Of a stretch of DNA of 64,000 bases, positions 38,375 through 49,327 are shown piece by piece. Position 1 is the first letter of the stretch. Each line of letters begins with the position of its first letter. The position numbers and the translations under genes are program-made. The stretch comes from an uncultured bacterium (lineage in GTDB: Bacteria; Planctomycetota; UBA1135; GCA-002686595): assembly GCA_943787795.1 (NCBI GenBank), contig CALSNU010000001.1, positions 608,001-672,000 on the forward strand, read 5' to 3'. The notes below the pieces were generated by a model that did not search any database, had not been told where the DNA came from, and saw only the letters and a program-made list of their open reading frames with translations.

Positions 38375-38497
38375 GGCGCCAGTTCGCGACTCGGTACACC
38401 CGCGCAATTCCCGTCGAACTCCCCGTGCGGTGTCTGCGTGGATCGGGCTCCTACGGCGCGGCCAATCAAAGGCCGCTATCTTCCAGGGGGGGAGACC

Positions 38498-38950
38498 ATG
38501 GATACGATCGAGAACCAGATCGACGAGTTCCGCTTCGAGGCGGTCGACGGGGCCAAGGTGCGCATCGTCGAGGATATGGCCGTGAACGAGGATGAGAGGG
38601 TGATCCCCTTCCTGCTCGAAGTGCTCGCTGACCCCGATGAGTTCGAGCTCGCTCGGGTCGAGTCGGCGAAGCTCCTCTCCTCGGGCTTCGAGTCCCAAAG
38701 AGACCGGATCTGCCAGGTACTGGCCGAGGTGATCCGCTCCAGCCATGAGTCGGAGGCGACGTTCATGGCCGCAATGGACGCCGCCAGCGCCTACCACCAT
38801 CACTCGGCCGAACTTCGAGAGGCGGTCCAGGAGTCCGATGCCCGGCGCGAGTTACTCCTCCGGGAAGGGGGAGTCGACGGGGGCCGAGCTCTCCGCGATG
38901 CAGAGCTCGCGCTCGGGTTCCTGGACGAGCTCGGCGGCCTCGATCTCTGA
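38498..38950 (+). CDS. hypothetical acidic helical (HEAT-like) protein
   Basis: GGAG RBS before ATG 38498; VIPFLLEVL.D repeat-like helix. Confidence 0.6.
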   Translation: MDTIENQIDEFRFEAVDGAKVRIVEDMAVNEDERVIPFLLEVLADPDEFELARVESAKLLSSGFESQRDRICQVLAEVIRSSHESEATFMAAMDAASAYHHHSAELREAVQESDARRELLLREGGVDGGRALRDAELALGFLDELGGLDL

Positions 38951-38968
38951 ACCCGAATCTGGCGCGCC

Positions 38969-39679
38969 TCAGCCGTCGACGCGGGCGGGCAGCGGCTCTC
39001 CCTCGGGAACGAAACTCATGGAGAGGGAGTTCACGCAGTGGCGCGTGTTCTTGTCGGTGAACCGCTCTCCGACGAAGACGTGGCCGAGGTGCCCGCCGCA
39101 GTGCTGACAGAGGATCTCGGTCCGCCGACCGTCGGCGTCGGTCTCGTGGCGAACCGCTCCCTCGATCTCATCGTCGAAGCTCGGCCAGCCGCAGTGGGAT
39201 TCGAACTTGTCCTCCGAGAGGTAGAGCGCGGCATTGCACTGTCTGCAGATGTAGGTGCCCTTCTCCTTGTTGCCGAGCAGCGCGCCGGTTCCAGGCCGCT
39301 CGGTTCCCTTCCTGAGGATCACGTACTCCTCGGCGCTGCTGAGTTTGTTGTAGTCGCCTTGGACGGAGTCTTGCATCGGAGATCGGGGGTCAGTGGGGGC
39401 GGTCACTTCCTGTGCGGAGCGGTCCGCGCTCGCCGCGGAGGCGCCGAGCGCGGCGGACTTCGACGGGGCAACGCTGGCGTCGCTCTTGGCATCAGGTCTG
39501 GCATCGGGCGTCGCGAGGACCACCGCGTCACCGCCCTCGACGACGATGGCCCCCTCGTCCGCCTGCGACGCGGATGCGGGATCCTCAACTGGTCCGGATG
39601 AACCCGCCTCAGGGGAGGGAGCGCAGCAGGCGACGAGGGACAGGGCGAGTAGGCTCGTGAAGGTCTTGAGGCGGCTCAT
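38969..39679 (-). CDS. msrB: methionine-R-sulfoxide reductase with lipoprotein signal
   Basis: GTERP, CRQC, CGWPSF, RTEI, CQHC, HLGHVF, RHCVNS; LVAC lipobox. Confidence 0.93.
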   Translation of the reverse strand: MSRLKTFTSLLALSLVACCAPSPEAGSSGPVEDPASASQADEGAIVVEGGDAVVLATPDARPDAKSDASVAPSKSAALGASAASADRSAQEVTAPTDPRSPMQDSVQGDYNKLSSAEEYVILRKGTERPGTGALLGNKEKGTYICRQCNAALYLSEDKFESHCGWPSFDDEIEGAVRHETDADGRRTEILCQHCGGHLGHVFVGERFTDKNTRHCVNSLSMSFVPEGEPLPARVDG

Positions 39680-39812
39680 GTGGGTTTTCCTTGGTCCTCG
39701 GCATCATGGGCGACAGCTCGCCCCATTGGTAGCCAGCCATCTGGCTGAAACGGAGCTTCTACAGGGTCAGAACCTGGACCCGAGGCGATCGGGGCTCAGG
39801 GGACGATTGAAG

Positions 39813-42767
39813 TCACCGGGGAGATTCGAGCTCGACCTCGGTCTCCTCGCCGGAGCGGACCTTGAACTGGACCGGGTCGGTCGTGCGCCGTCGCGACTCT
39901 CCTTCGGGACCCGAGCTCTCCACCTGGACGGTCCATTCCCCGGCGGCGAGCCCTCCGACGCGGGCGCGTCCAGCGCGCAGGATCTCGACCTTGGTTTGAT
40001 TCGAGGACTCCGGGTCGGCGGGGGTGAGCGTGACCCACGCAACGCCCTCGGCCTCACCGTTGTCGGCGAGCACGAAGAGCGCTGATCCACCCCGGACGAG
40101 CTCCACGGAGCCAACGTCCAGGGTTCTTCCGGGGCTCACAGTGACTTCGGCGAGGACGCGGTCAGTGAAGCCCGGAGCCTTCAAGATCAACTGGAGGGGG
40201 GACTCGGGCTTCACGCCCTTGATCCGAAACCTCCCGTTCGAGCCGGTCTTCTCGCCGGTCTCGGTCATCCCGAGGAACTGGCGCGAGATACGCGCCGACT
40301 CGTCGCCTAGAGAGCGGCGGATCTCGACCCGCGCGCCGGCGACCGGGTCCCCCTTGGGGTCGACCGCGCGTCCCTCGATGGAGCTGATGGCGAGGTCAAA
40401 GGAGACGGTGTTCACGCCGACCTCGACCTCGACGTCCACTCGGGCAGCCATGGTCAGGTCTTCATGGCGGATCAAGGCCGCGGCGGGGCCGGGCCCGAGG
40501 TCCGCGATCTCGAACCGCCCCTCGGCATCTGTCGTGTCCGTCGAGGGCTGGTTGCCGAAGCCAGCGAACTGGTCCTGGATGTTGATGAAGCGCTCGCTCC
40601 GGTCAGCGTCGGCCTCGGTCACGATCGACAGTCGAGCCCCCTGGGCGGGCTGTCCATCGATGAGGACCACGCCCTTGATGGTGGCAGAGGTGGGGAGCAG
40701 GTAGTCAACGCGCACCTTTGCGCTGACGTCAAGCTTCACTTCCTGCCACTCGACCTGGTCATCTCCGGTGGACCTGCGCCTGCCGAAGGGTTGACCCCCG
40801 TTGCGCATCGCGCGCACTTCGTACAGGCCAGCGGGGAGGCCGTCGAAGACCGCGATGCCGTCCTTTCCGGACGCCTTCCCGGCCTTCCAGGGGCGGGACT
40901 CATCCATGCTTCGGCACTCCACTCGAGCGCCGGGGATGAGGAGGTCGTCGTCGCCGACGACCGCGACCGAGAGCTCCGCTCCGCGAGAGAGGGTGATGCG
41001 GGCGATCTGCCCGTCCGCGCGGGGAATGAGCGGCTCCTCCAGGTACGTCCCGTAGCCTCTGGCCTTCACCTCGAGGCGCGCCTCGGGGTCGGCGAGGTCT
41101 GAGAGCTGACAGCGCCCCTCTCGGTCGGTCTTGGCCCAGAGCTCCCGTCCGTTGGCGCCGAGCATCATCCGCTGACGGTTGGCTTCGCCCCTGGTGGAGA
41201 GCGTCACCCGAGCCTTGCGGATGGGGCGACCCGTCGTCGCGTCGACCACCTCGAACTTCAGGCGCTGCGCTCGCTCAAGCTCGAGGGTCCCCCCGGTGGC
41301 GAGGGCGCCCTCTGCGACCGTGATCGGCGGCGTGACGCCGCGCTGGTAGCCCGGGGCGTCGACCGTCACCGTGAGCTCGGCCTGCTCGGTCCCGGGGCGG
41401 AGCTCGTACAGCGTGAGCTTGCCGTTCTTGATCCGCTTTGGGGCCCGCCCGCCCTTGGGGGTCAGCATGACCTTCGCGGACCGCTCACCCCACTTCGCCA
41501 GGACCTCCAGCTCTTCCACGGGCTCGCGGCTGGCTCGATCGATGACCCTCAGCTCGAGCTGCGCCCCGGGGTCAAAGTTCAGGGAGGTGAACGAGCCGTC
41601 GGCGGTCGCCTCCACAGTGTTGGAGAGGAGGACCGTCTCGACGAACTGGCGCCGCTCCATGGCCTGGATCCGGTAGCGCCCGCCCGGCTTGAGGCCGCCG
41701 ATCTCGAAGCTCCCGTCCCCCTTGACCTCGGCGGTCTCTTCACCCGCCGGAGAGAGTTGGGCGGCCATCAAGGTCTGGAAGCGCGACTTGCCGTCGGACA
41801 TGGCGGGGTCGAGGCTCGTCGCGGCGACCTTGCCGTACTGTCGCCCCTGGGGATAGCCGGACACGACGCCTCGAATCACCCCTGCGCGCTCTGCGGTGAT
41901 CTCGATGTTCAACATCACGTCGCCCGGCCGCTTGGCTGCTCCCTCGAAGCGGGCGGGCATGATGGAGTCGTGTTCGGCGAGGAGGATGATCTCTCCCTCG
42001 GGCTCGTGCTCCAGCTCGAAGCGCCCCTCGGCATCGGTGGACTCCAGGCCTAGGAGGCTGGAGAAGCCGATCTGATCCATGGTCGCGATCATCTGGTCGC
42101 CCTCACGCTCGATGCGGCGAACGCGCGCCCCCTCGATCGCTCGGCCCTGCTGGTCGCGGACCCACCCCTCCACGACCACCGCCGGCTGGAGGATGATGTC
42201 GCCGAGTTCCGTCGTGCTGCCCTCCCCGAAGATGTGCTTGACGGGGGCGTCCAGGAACCCGCGCGCATCAGCCTTGACCCCGATCGTCAGCCCGAGCGGC
42301 TCCGAGTCGTCCGCCACAAAGCGACCGTCCTTGCCGGTGGTCGCCTTGATGCGGATCTGGCCCTGTGTCCCGAAGGACCGAACGGCGACGGTGTTGGCCT
42401 GCTCCCATGGCATGAGCTCGACCGGCACGCCCGCGAGGGGCCGCCCAGAACCGTCGAGGATGCGCCCGCGGTAGGGGCCGTCGTCGGCAGCCTTCCCAGG
42501 TCTGCGCCGCACTTGATTCCGGACCTTCGGCTCCGGGCTCTCGGAGCGGACCTCGGTGGCTTCTCGGGATCCGTCGGAGGGACGCGCCTCCAGGACGGGC
42601 AGCTCGGCGTCGGCCTTGGGCCCATCGGCGCGGACGATCTCGAGGGCGGAGTTCGCCACGCTGTTGGTCGGCGAGGTGCGCCCCGTTCCGGAGAGGAGGA
42701 AGGCACAGAGAGCCACCGCCGCGATGGCTGCGGCGACGAGGAGGAGGGCGAGTCTTTGACGAGGCAT
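39813..42767 (-). CDS. large exported protein with carboxypeptidase-regulatory-like beta-sandwich repeats
   Basis: N-terminal TM, repeated G.V.D..G.P..GA.V and TD..GRF; start at ATG 42767. Confidence 0.8.
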   Translation of the reverse strand: MPRQRLALLLVAAAIAAVALCAFLLSGTGRTSPTNSVANSALEIVRADGPKADAELPVLEARPSDGSREATEVRSESPEPKVRNQVRRRPGKAADDGPYRGRILDGSGRPLAGVPVELMPWEQANTVAVRSFGTQGQIRIKATTGKDGRFVADDSEPLGLTIGVKADARGFLDAPVKHIFGEGSTTELGDIILQPAVVVEGWVRDQQGRAIEGARVRRIEREGDQMIATMDQIGFSSLLGLESTDAEGRFELEHEPEGEIILLAEHDSIMPARFEGAAKRPGDVMLNIEITAERAGVIRGVVSGYPQGRQYGKVAATSLDPAMSDGKSRFQTLMAAQLSPAGEETAEVKGDGSFEIGGLKPGGRYRIQAMERRQFVETVLLSNTVEATADGSFTSLNFDPGAQLELRVIDRASREPVEELEVLAKWGERSAKVMLTPKGGRAPKRIKNGKLTLYELRPGTEQAELTVTVDAPGYQRGVTPPITVAEGALATGGTLELERAQRLKFEVVDATTGRPIRKARVTLSTRGEANRQRMMLGANGRELWAKTDREGRCQLSDLADPEARLEVKARGYGTYLEEPLIPRADGQIARITLSRGAELSVAVVGDDDLLIPGARVECRSMDESRPWKAGKASGKDGIAVFDGLPAGLYEVRAMRNGGQPFGRRRSTGDDQVEWQEVKLDVSAKVRVDYLLPTSATIKGVVLIDGQPAQGARLSIVTEADADRSERFINIQDQFAGFGNQPSTDTTDAEGRFEIADLGPGPAAALIRHEDLTMAARVDVEVEVGVNTVSFDLAISSIEGRAVDPKGDPVAGARVEIRRSLGDESARISRQFLGMTETGEKTGSNGRFRIKGVKPESPLQLILKAPGFTDRVLAEVTVSPGRTLDVGSVELVRGGSALFVLADNGEAEGVAWVTLTPADPESSNQTKVEILRAGRARVGGLAAGEWTVQVESSGPEGESRRRTTDPVQFKVRSGEETEVELESPR

Positions 42768-43253
42768 GGGCTTGGCGTGGGACCTGGTTAAGGCATATGC
42801 GCAGGGGCCGGTCGAATCGTCGCACTTCCACCCGGATTTGGTGCCTGGAGTTCCAGACCACTGTCCAGCGCGCGCGGAGGTGGCCATGTGGCTTGCGCCC
42901 TCGGGAGCCGTGAGGAGGCGCTGCGGGGCCCTGCTGGCGATCTTGTGTCTCGCCGGTGTCCTCCGGGCGGCCTCTCGGGGCCTCTTGAGCCCGACCGTGG
43001 GAGTCCTCGTGATCGGGTCAGCTCAGGCCTTGCCGCCAGCGGCCGTCCTGGACCGGGCCCCAGGGTTCGATCGGTGGGCCAGCTACGAGGGGGGGCCACT
43101 TGGAGGTGGCCTTCATCATCGAGGGCGAGGCCGTCTCTGCGGGGTGCCCTTGGGACCGGGAGGTGACCCCAAGGAGCCGCGGCAATGCGGGTCCGCGGTC
43201 CTCGACGTCCCGGGGTAGCTTGCCCGGACGGCGCGTCGAGCGATGAAACAGGA

Positions 43254-43286
43254 ACGGGGCCCCGCGCTGCTTGCGCGGGGCCCCGT
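43254..43286 (-). terminator. intrinsic terminator downstream of clpC
   Basis: 14-bp perfect stem acggggccccgcgc / gcgcggggccccgt, 5-nt loop, followed on the minus strand by TCCTGTTT. Confidence 0.8.
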
Positions 43287-43321
43287 CCCTTGGCCGAATG
43301 GCTGCCCTCAAGGGGCTTTGC

Positions 43322-45856
43322 TCACTCGTTGGCGGCCTTCATGGCCTCGCGGATGATCGGCGCTTCGTCCAGGAACTCAAGCCCGGCGTCCTCATCGGCG
43401 TCCGGCGCTCGATCGATCCACACCTTGGACTGATCCTCGAACTTCCCTCGCAGGAGGTGCTCGGCGAGCGGGTCCTCGATGTGGCGTTCGATGGCTCGAC
43501 GGAGCGGCCGTGCGCCGTAGTCCTCGTGGAAGCCCTTGTTGATGAGGAAGTCGATCGCGCTCTTGGTGAGCTCGACCTCGATGTCGTGATCGGCGAGCCG
43601 CGCCCGGACCTCGTCCAGTTGCAGGTGGACGATGCGGGAGAGGTCCACGTTCGTGAGCGGGTTGAACACGATGGCCTCGTCAACTCGGTTGAGGAACTCG
43701 GGGCGGAAGTGCCGCTCGACCTCCACCATGACGTCCGAGCGCATCTTCTTCTTGCGGTCGCCGGCGTCTGCGGACGCCTGGTCGAACCGGCCAAAGCCGA
43801 GCTGGGCGCCGGCCTTCATCGTGTGCGAGCCGAGGTTGCTCGTCATGATGAGGATGACGTTCTTGAAGTCGACGTGGCGGCCGAACGAGTCGGTCAGGCG
43901 CCCCTCCTCCATGATCTGGAGGAGCATGTTGAACACGTCGGGGTGGGCCTTCTCGATCTCGTCGAGGAGCACGACCGAGTAGGGGCGACGGCGCACCTTC
44001 TCAGTGAGCTGGCCGCCCTCCTCGTAGCCGACGTAGCCCGGAGGCGCGCCGACGAGGCGCGAGGCGTTGTGCTTCTCCATGTACTCGCTCATGTCCATCG
44101 TGATGACGTTGTCCTCGTCACCGAACATGAACTTCGCAAGCTGCTTGCAGAGGTAGGTCTTGCCGACGCCGGACGGGCCGAGGAACAGGAACGTGCCCAT
44201 GGGGCGGCGCGGGTCCTTGAGGCCAGAGCGGGAGCGGCGGACCGAGCGGGCGATGGCCGCGATGGCGTCGTCCTGGTTGATGACGATCGAGCTGAGCTCG
44301 GCCTCCATCTGGAGCAGGCGCTCGGCCTCCGCCTTCTCGAGGCGCGTCAGCGGGATGCCGGTCATCTTGGAGACCGTCTCCTGGATGACGTCGATGTCGA
44401 CCTCGCCGACGGACTCCTTCTCCTGCTGCTCCTCGCGCCACTCGTCCTGGATCTGCTCCTTCTTCTTCTTGAGCTGGTACGCCTGGTCGCGCAGCTGGGC
44501 GGCACGTTCGAAGTCCTGGGACGCGACGGCTTCATCCTTGTCGAGGTCGAGCTGCTCGATCTCCTTGGTGGTCTCGCGCAGGTCGGGCGGCGGGACCATG
44601 GACTTGATCCGCACCCGGGCGCCGGCCTCGTCCATCACGTCGATGGCCTTGTCCGGGAGGAACCGGTTGTTGATGTAGCGCGTCGAGAGCTCGACGGCGT
44701 TCTCAAGGGCTTCGTCCGTGTAGTTGACCCGGTGGTGGGCCTCATACCGGTCGCGCAGACCCTTGAGGATCGCGACGGCCTGCTCCGGGCTGGGCGGCTC
44801 GACGTTGACCGACTGGAAGCGACGCTCCAGTGCGCCGTCCTTCTCGATGTGCTTGCGGTACTCGTCGAGGGTCGTAGCGCCGATGCACTGGATCTCGCCG
44901 CGGCTGAGGGCCGGCTTCAGCACGTTGGAGGCGTCAATCGCGCCCTCTGCGCCGCCGGCTCCCACCAGGGTGTGCAGCTCATCGATGAAGAGGACGACGT
45001 CCTTCACGCGGCGGACCTCGGTCATGACCGCCTTGATGCGCTCCTCGAACTGGCCGCGGTACTTCGTGCCAGCGACCATGAGGGCGAGGTCGAGAACGAC
45101 CATGCGCTTGCCGCGCAAGATCTCGGGCACCGTGCCATCGACGATCTGCTGGGCGAGGCCCTCGACGATGGCGGTTTTTCCAACGCCAGGCTCACCGAGC
45201 AGGACGGGGTTGTTCTTCGTGCGGCGTGAGAGGATCTGGACCACCCGCTCGATCTCGAGCTCCCGCCCGATGACGACATCGAGCTTGCCCTCACCGGCGA
45301 GCTCGGTCAGGTCACGGCCAAAGCTGTCGAGCGCCGGGGTCTTCGACTTCGAGTTCCCGGACTGTCCGCTGGGACCCTCCTCGCCGACGCCGGTCTCGTC
45401 GTCCTCATCGTCCGCGGTGTCGGCGCCGAGGAAGTCGAGGACCTCCTCGCGGACGTCCTCCAGCTTCACGCCGAGGTTGAGCAGGACCTGGGCGGCGATG
45501 CCCTCGTTCTCCTTGATCAGGCCGAGGAGCAGGTGCTCGGTCCCGATGTAGTTGTGGCCGAGGTTGCCAGCCTCCTCCATGGAGAGCTCCAGCACCTTCT
45601 TGGCGCGGGGGGTGAAGGGCAGCTGCCCCATGGTCACCATGGAAGGACCGGTCTTGACGATCTTCTCCACCTCCATGCGGATCTTGTTCAGGTCAATCCC
45701 CATGTTCTTGAGGACATTGGCGGCGACGCCGCTGCCCTCCTGAACGAGGCCGAGGAGGATGTGCTCCGTGCCGAGGTACTCGTGGTTGAACCGCTGCGCC
45801 TCCTGGCGAGCGAGGTTCATGACCTTCTTGGCGCGGTCCGTGAAACGATCGAACAT
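43322..45856 (-). CDS. clpC: ATP-dependent Clp protease ATP-binding subunit ClpC
   Basis: two Clp-N repeats, [11 protein letters not shown] middle domain, [11 protein letters not shown] loop, GARPLRR. Confidence 0.97.
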   Translation of the reverse strand: MFDRFTDRAKKVMNLARQEAQRFNHEYLGTEHILLGLVQEGSGVAANVLKNMGIDLNKIRMEVEKIVKTGPSMVTMGQLPFTPRAKKVLELSMEEAGNLGHNYIGTEHLLLGLIKENEGIAAQVLLNLGVKLEDVREEVLDFLGADTADDEDDETGVGEEGPSGQSGNSKSKTPALDSFGRDLTELAGEGKLDVVIGRELEIERVVQILSRRTKNNPVLLGEPGVGKTAIVEGLAQQIVDGTVPEILRGKRMVVLDLALMVAGTKYRGQFEERIKAVMTEVRRVKDVVLFIDELHTLVGAGGAEGAIDASNVLKPALSRGEIQCIGATTLDEYRKHIEKDGALERRFQSVNVEPPSPEQAVAILKGLRDRYEAHHRVNYTDEALENAVELSTRYINNRFLPDKAIDVMDEAGARVRIKSMVPPPDLRETTKEIEQLDLDKDEAVASQDFERAAQLRDQAYQLKKKKEQIQDEWREEQQEKESVGEVDIDVIQETVSKMTGIPLTRLEKAEAERLLQMEAELSSIVINQDDAIAAIARSVRRSRSGLKDPRRPMGTFLFLGPSGVGKTYLCKQLAKFMFGDEDNVITMDMSEYMEKHNASRLVGAPPGYVGYEEGGQLTEKVRRRPYSVVLLDEIEKAHPDVFNMLLQIMEEGRLTDSFGRHVDFKNVILIMTSNLGSHTMKAGAQLGFGRFDQASADAGDRKKKMRSDVMVEVERHFRPEFLNRVDEAIVFNPLTNVDLSRIVHLQLDEVRARLADHDIEVELTKSAIDFLINKGFHEDYGARPLRRAIERHIEDPLAEHLLRGKFEDQSKVWIDRAPDADEDAGLEFLDEAPIIREAMKAANE

Positions 45857-46434
45857 GCTTGTCGTGTGGTGTCTTCCGGGGGCCCCGTGGGGACCGACCC
45901 CACCTGGGGCGGCCTCGAGGGTCCTGGGAGCGGTGGTTGATTGCCCGTGCTGGCGGCGGTGTCGGGCGGGTGCGGGAGGGGCAGAACCTCTTGGGTTCTA
46001 TTCTTCGGCCTTCAAGGCCCAGGAGTTGACGGTCCGTCCTCCAGACTGCTCTGGGCGGCCCTTGACGGCCCCGCCACTGGGGCCCAGGAGGACTTCGGTA
46101 CGCTCGAAAATTCGGGGGCGGTGGTGCGGACCCTGCGGATCAACCGCCCCTCCGAGGATGATGCCATCCGGCTCCCGAAGGTCCAAGGACGGCCGCCTGG
46201 CTCCGGGGACCTGCATGAGCGAGCGCATGGGGCCGCCCCCTGAGCCCGGCCCTGGCGAGTCGAGACCTGCCGACTGGCACAAGGAGTCGCTGGGGTGGGG
46301 AGGCAGACCTGGGGCCACGTGGAGGCCGGGCCGGACTCAAGGGCGCCGACGCCCCCTGGGGGCTCTGCACCTGCCGGGCGGTTCCCGGGGCCGCACGAGG
46401 GAGGCTGGGGGTCGGAACCCGCGTCTCTCGGGGC

Positions 46435-46995
46435 TCAGGAGGGCGACGCGGACTCCTCGTCCGCGGCCGCATCGAGCTCTTCGGTCAGGCGCTGAACCTC
46501 GTCGCGCAGCTCGGCAGCTCGCTCGAAGTTCTCCTCCTTGATGGCCCGATCGAGCTCCCCCTCGGCCTCCTCGATCCGGCGCTGGCGCTGGTTCGCCTCG
46601 GGGCATTGCCCGGGGATGCGTCCGGCGTGGGTCGAGGCCCCGTGCATTCGCTCGAGGAGCCCCTCAAGGTAGTCGGAGAAGACCTCGTAGCACTCGCTAC
46701 AGCCGAGACGGCCCTTGCGGCGCAGGCTATCCTCGGTCGTCCCGCAGCCCGGGCACTTGCGGACGCTCTTCGGGGCGTGCTTCTTCGCCTTCAGGGCTGA
46801 CATCTGCAGCAGCTTCCAGACCTCGTCCATCGGCTTGTGCTGTACCTCTCCGCCCGGGAGCTCCATCTCCTGAGCGCAGGTCTCGCAGAGGTGATGCTGC
46901 TCCACCTGGTTGCCGGACTCGCCGGGGCCCAGGAAGTTCTGGACCTCGTCGATGTGGACCGTGGCGTTCGTTTTTTGGCACTGCTGGCAGAGCAT
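46435..46995 (-). CDS. mcsA: McsA-like protein (4 CxxC plus UVR domain)
   Basis: CQQC, CETC, CPGC, GRLGCSECY, H.G..P, ENFERAAELRD; start at ATG 46995. Confidence 0.9.
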   Translation of the reverse strand: MLCQQCQKTNATVHIDEVQNFLGPGESGNQVEQHHLCETCAQEMELPGGEVQHKPMDEVWKLLQMSALKAKKHAPKSVRKCPGCGTTEDSLRRKGRLGCSECYEVFSDYLEGLLERMHGASTHAGRIPGQCPEANQRQRRIEEAEGELDRAIKEENFERAAELRDEVQRLTEELDAAADEESASPS

Positions 46996-47153
46996 TCTGA
47001 ATCGGGGCTCATCACCCCGCCCCTCCGTCTTAGGCGTGGGCGGTGGCGCGGTCAATAGGGGGAGTCAGATCGTTCGCGGTGGAGGGACGCATCGGTCGAT
47101 GTGCTCGCGACGCACAGACTCAAGACGGGGCCCCTGCGCGGCCTCTTCGGAGC

Positions 47154-48638
47154 TCAGGGCTGTATTCCCCCGGAGTCACCGGCGTCCAGGGGCTCCTGGG
47201 GGCCAAGGGCGGAGAGGACCCCACGGAACGCCATGGCGCGCTCCTTGAAGTTGGCATAGCGGTCGAACGACGCGCAGGCGGGAGAGAACAGCACCGTCTG
47301 GGCTCCGTCTCGCTCGGCGATGGCCATGGCTCGGTGGGCGGCGTCCTCCGCTGAGGCACATCCGGGGCCGCTGTCCACGGCTGCTCCCGCACTCTGCGCG
47401 GCGCGAGAGAGCTCGGCGGCAGCCGCTCCGAAGGGCACCATGACCCAGTCCCCGTGCTCGGCCAGGCCCCGGGCGAGGGGCTCGAGGCTGACGCCACGCT
47501 TGGCTTGCCCGCCTGCCACGAGGATGGCGCGGCCCCCGGTGGGCACGCTCTCCAACGCGGAGAGCGTGGACTCCGGCGTCGTCGAGACTCCGTTATCGAT
47601 CACCTCGACCGTCCCGCCGCCGGCCCTGAACTTGCCGAGGGACTCCATGCGGTGGCTGAGCCCGTGGAGGTCGGGGATCGCGTCTCGGAGTGCCTCCGCT
47701 CGGAGCCCAAGCTGCAGCCCCGCGGCCAGCGCGACGAGCAGGTTGGCTCGCTGGAACTCCCCGGGCACGTCGAGCGCAGAGGCGTCGGCCACATGGCGCG
47801 CCTGCCCCCCTGTCAGGTCGACGGCCTCGGCCCCATGGAGCCGAAAGTCCCCGCCCTCGCCATGGGTCACCAGGCGTTCCGAGGTGTGCGCTCGGGCCAG
47901 CTCGGCGACCTCCCCGTGGGGGGCGATGGCAATACCGCCTTCCCGGACGAGGCTCATGAGCCGGAGCTTGGCGTCACGGTAGCGCGCCGCGGTTCCATGG
48001 CGCTCGAGGTGATCGATTCCGATGTTGGTGATGGCGGCGACGTCGATCGACCTCTTGATGCCCTGGGGGAGGTGTTCCAGCTGGTAGGACGACAGTTCGA
48101 GTACGAGCACATCGTGTTCGGAGAGGTCCTCGACGTCCTCAAGCAGCGAGCCGCCGATGTTGCCGCCCAGCAAGCACCGTCCCGGGGCGTCCAGCGCCGA
48201 TGCGATCAGGTCCCTGGCGAAGGTCGCCGTCGAGGACTTGCCGTGCGTACCGGTGATCGCCACCACCCGGGCCCGGCTCCGCTCGAGAAGCAGAGCGGTG
48301 GCGGTGGTGATCTGGGCGCCGACGGATCTCGCCCGCTGGATCCACGGGGACGTGGGGGGAACGGCTGGATTGACAATGAGGACATCCGTCTCCTCGAAGT
48401 CCTCCTTCCGGTGCCCACCGAGGGAGAGGTGAACCGGGTGCGGAGACCGCAACTCCTCCAGGTCTCGCGCGACCGAGCCCAGGGCGTCGCGGCCCTTCTG
48501 GTCGGTCACGGTCACCCTCGCGCCCTGGCGGAGGGCCCAGCGCGCAGCGCCGGCGCCTCCTCCGAAGAGGCCGAGGCCCATCACGGTGACGCGCCGTCCC
48601 GCCAGGCTCTCCGCCTCGTCCAGGGGGCCGCAGCTCAT
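47154..48638 (-). CDS. murD: UDP-N-acetylmuramoyl-L-alanine--D-glutamate ligase
   Basis: GLGLFGGG, ITGTHGKSST, ELSSYQL, DHLERH, SPACASFD..NF.ER. Confidence 0.93.
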   Translation of the reverse strand: MSCGPLDEAESLAGRRVTVMGLGLFGGGAGAARWALRQGARVTVTDQKGRDALGSVARDLEELRSPHPVHLSLGGHRKEDFEETDVLIVNPAVPPTSPWIQRARSVGAQITTATALLLERSRARVVAITGTHGKSSTATFARDLIASALDAPGRCLLGGNIGGSLLEDVEDLSEHDVLVLELSSYQLEHLPQGIKRSIDVAAITNIGIDHLERHGTAARYRDAKLRLMSLVREGGIAIAPHGEVAELARAHTSERLVTHGEGGDFRLHGAEAVDLTGGQARHVADASALDVPGEFQRANLLVALAAGLQLGLRAEALRDAIPDLHGLSHRMESLGKFRAGGGTVEVIDNGVSTTPESTLSALESVPTGGRAILVAGGQAKRGVSLEPLARGLAEHGDWVMVPFGAAAAELSRAAQSAGAAVDSGPGCASAEDAAHRAMAIAERDGAQTVLFSPACASFDRYANFKERAMAFRGVLSALGPQEPLDAGDSGGIQP

Positions 48639-49171
48639 CTTCCCGTTCCGTCAGGCGCGGCCGTGGCCGTCACGGACGCCTCTGAGGTCCCCGGCTGCTC
48701 TCGCTCTTGCTGCACGGCTTCGGCCTGCGCGCGCGCCTCGCTTCGCACTTGTATGGCCTCTTCGATGAAGGAGGCGGTGACGGGCTCCGCCACTTCACCC
48801 GTCGCGGGGTCCAGGACGGTGTGGACCTCTCGGCGGTCGTGGATGCGAATGGGGTTGAGGATCTCGGTGAAGATGTCGATCGGGAAGTAGCTCCACCAGC
48901 GGGCCTTGAGCTCCAGGGGCTCGCTGTAGAGCCGGTAGCCAGAGCGATACATCGTGAGGCTCCGGGTGCCGTAATGGTCGATCTCGATCTCCACGGGGGT
49001 GACGCCTACCGGCTGGCCGTCGAGCCGGACCTCGGCCCCAACAGGGGTGGAGGTGAGCCGCAGGGTCCGCTCGCCGCGGCAGCCCGCGAGCGCAGCCAGC
49101 GCGAGGATCGAGATGAGGGCCTCCGCCCCCGTGCGGCGGCGTCGCGAGCGCCGAAGTTGGGCCTGACTCAT
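48635..49171 (-). CDS. PEGA-domain lipoprotein
   Basis: LAGC lipobox, S.P.GA.V.LDG..VG.TP. Confidence 0.85.
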   Translation of the reverse strand: MSQAQLRRSRRRRTGAEALISILALAALAGCRGERTLRLTSTPVGAEVRLDGQPVGVTPVEIEIDHYGTRSLTMYRSGYRLYSEPLELKARWWSYFPIDIFTEILNPIRIHDRREVHTVLDPATGEVAEPVTASFIEEAIQVRSEARAQAEAVQQEREQPGTSEASVTATAAPDGTGR

Positions 49172-49327
49172 GCCTCGGAGGATGCGGACCCAGAGCGCCT
49201 TGATCCCGCGGATTCCCTGGAAACAAGCGCGGGCTCACGAAGCGCGGGATGGGGGCGCCTTGGCCGCAGAATTTGACGCTAGGATCTCGCCCGAGTTCTC
49301 CCCAACGAATCAGCGCTCTCCACCCAG

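Noticed and set aside
46274..46290. Sigma-54-like TGGCAC...TCGC
   Set aside because: The GG-to-GC spacing is one base too long, and it points away from clpC.
45998..46318. 106-aa ORF between mcsA and clpC as a possible mcsB remnant
   Set aside because: No recognisable guanido-kinase motif; Pro/Gly-rich composition typical of non-coding GC-rich DNA.
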